Part shown: positions 62,596 through 64,000 of the stretch, piece by piece
Layout: every line of letters starts with the position of its first letter
Numbering within the stretch: position 1 is the stretch's first letter
NCBI RefSeq assembly: GCF_018977255.1
Contig: NW_024704745.1
Span: 41,106,001 to 41,170,000 of the forward strand
Direction of reading: 5' to 3'
DNA from: Callorhinchus milii
Lineage: Eukaryota
Length of the DNA stretch: 64,000 bases
Notes under the pieces: model-generated
Databases searched by the model: none
What the model was told of the DNA's origin: nothing
Seen by the model: only the letters and a program-made list of their open reading frames with translations
Made by a program: the position numbers and the translations under genes

Positions 62596-64000
62596 TTTTT
62601 GTCAGGATTAATTAAAAATCACAAACATCCAGCTTTTTGTCTCAACTGAGTTCCCAAACCAGAGTTCCATGTATGCCACTTAAACATGGATAGGGTTATC
62701 CTAGCTGATCAAACTAGGAAGCTTGCCATCAAGAACACTAGCAAGTTATGTGGCTTTAGCAGGTTAAACTCCAGCAGTACCACAATTTGTATGCTGGGGT
62801 TCCCAAGCCTTTGATTTTTGCAACCTCCACCTATTATCGTTTACCACATTTTAAAGTAACTTATTAAAGGGAGTTGAGATGTTTTATCAAATATGCTGTA
62901 TTATATGCAAGTAGTAGTGTTGAAGGATAAGCAGAGATCAAATCATTGATAGTTTCACTATCAAACTCACCCAAACTTCTTTCTGCTTCCATCAGACAGT
63001 TTATCTGCCAATCTGTTGATTTTTTTGGTAGAAGCTAGCTCATAATGAACATGGCAGAAAAAAAACATTTAGTTTACAAAATGTCATTTGGACTGCAACC
63101 ACCAGTAGTTAATTTAGAGTGTCTTCACATTAATCAATTCCAACACACCAATTTGTTTACGATCCTATGACTGATGTTAATGGACAGCTAAACATACCTT
63201 AAAAGAAATATAGCAATTTTAATGCTTTAGTGACACATCGGGATTCAGACCTGGCCCTGTGGCAAACAACCTTTTAGGTTGTCAGCTTGGCTCATTTGGT
63301 AAGATTCTCATCTGGGTTCTGAGGTTTAATGTTGGTCAGCCGGATGTCTGACACATGCAGAAATGAGCAACATGCTTAAGAGTAGCCAAATGTAAGTTCC
63401 ACGTATGATACTTACTCATGGAAATTACTGAGTTTGGAAATGGACACTCCCAAGAGGAATAATCCTGCTTACCTAATTCTGGAGTATATTAGGCACAAAT
63501 TAGCAAGAGCCAAGGCTTGGGCCTCCACTGTGCATTGGAGTACTGAACTGCTAGAGGTTAACCAGCTAAAACCACAATAGCTGGTCACTGAAAGCAAAGT
63601 CCAGTAAGCTTCCTGCAATTTGTTGTTGCGTGTCCAGCTAGGACCACCTTACCCAATAGGGCTTTGACTTGCAGGGTTAACAGGAGTTGAGTGGGAAGAA
63701 TCCCTGCCAACAGACATATTGGCATTTGGTTTGCATTCTCTGCTGCCATACTAGTTTATTACTGGAGGGTGTACTGTGATGTCTGAGGTGCTGTCCTCTG
63801 GAAGAGACAAACTGAAGTCCTTCAGTGTGTTCTTCTGGTGGATATTAAAGATCCCATGACTATTTGTGTCACTAGCCAGGATTCACCCTTGTACTGGGTG
63901 CCAAAAACAGGAAAGTATTTATTTACCAATAGTAACAACCCTAGTCTTGCAGCCTGTCAGAATGTTTGCATATATTGTATTGCTGCCTAGTAGCCTATAA

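Noticed and set aside
60883-64000. A sixth SOD1 copy or SCAF4 exons downstream
   Set aside because: I found no SOD-like exon, CpG island or recognisable coding sequence. The cluster could still continue beyond the window.

Overview
Vertebrate genomic DNA, rich in L2/CR1/Tx1 LINEs and tRNA-derived Deu-type SINEs. That repeat set suggests a cartilaginous fish (inference). The ORF track misses the main content because the exons are short. Reading splice sites by hand shows five complete, same-strand, 5-exon Cu/Zn superoxide dismutase (SOD1-family) genes in tandem between 14064 and 60882, all with the vertebrate SOD1 intron phases 0,1,2,0. Copy 1 is a canonical SOD1. Copies 2-5 have open frames and GT-AG introns (exon 1 of copy 3 is cut by an assembly gap), but all four lack the catalytic Arg143 and the Cys57-Cys146 disulfide (human numbering). 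Each has a different metal-ligand pattern: copy 2 has lost Cu and Zn ligands, copies 3 and 4 have H48C plus H120E/T, and copy 5 keeps every ligand. This looks like a maintained cluster of SOD1-derived pseudoenzymes or neofunctionalised proteins. Also present: a CpG-island promoter and first exon of a divergent minus-strand gene (TIAM1 expected by synteny, unverified), a ~1.85 kb 15-bp minisatellite born inside an L2 just upstream of SOD1, and a 2.7 kb decayed L2.
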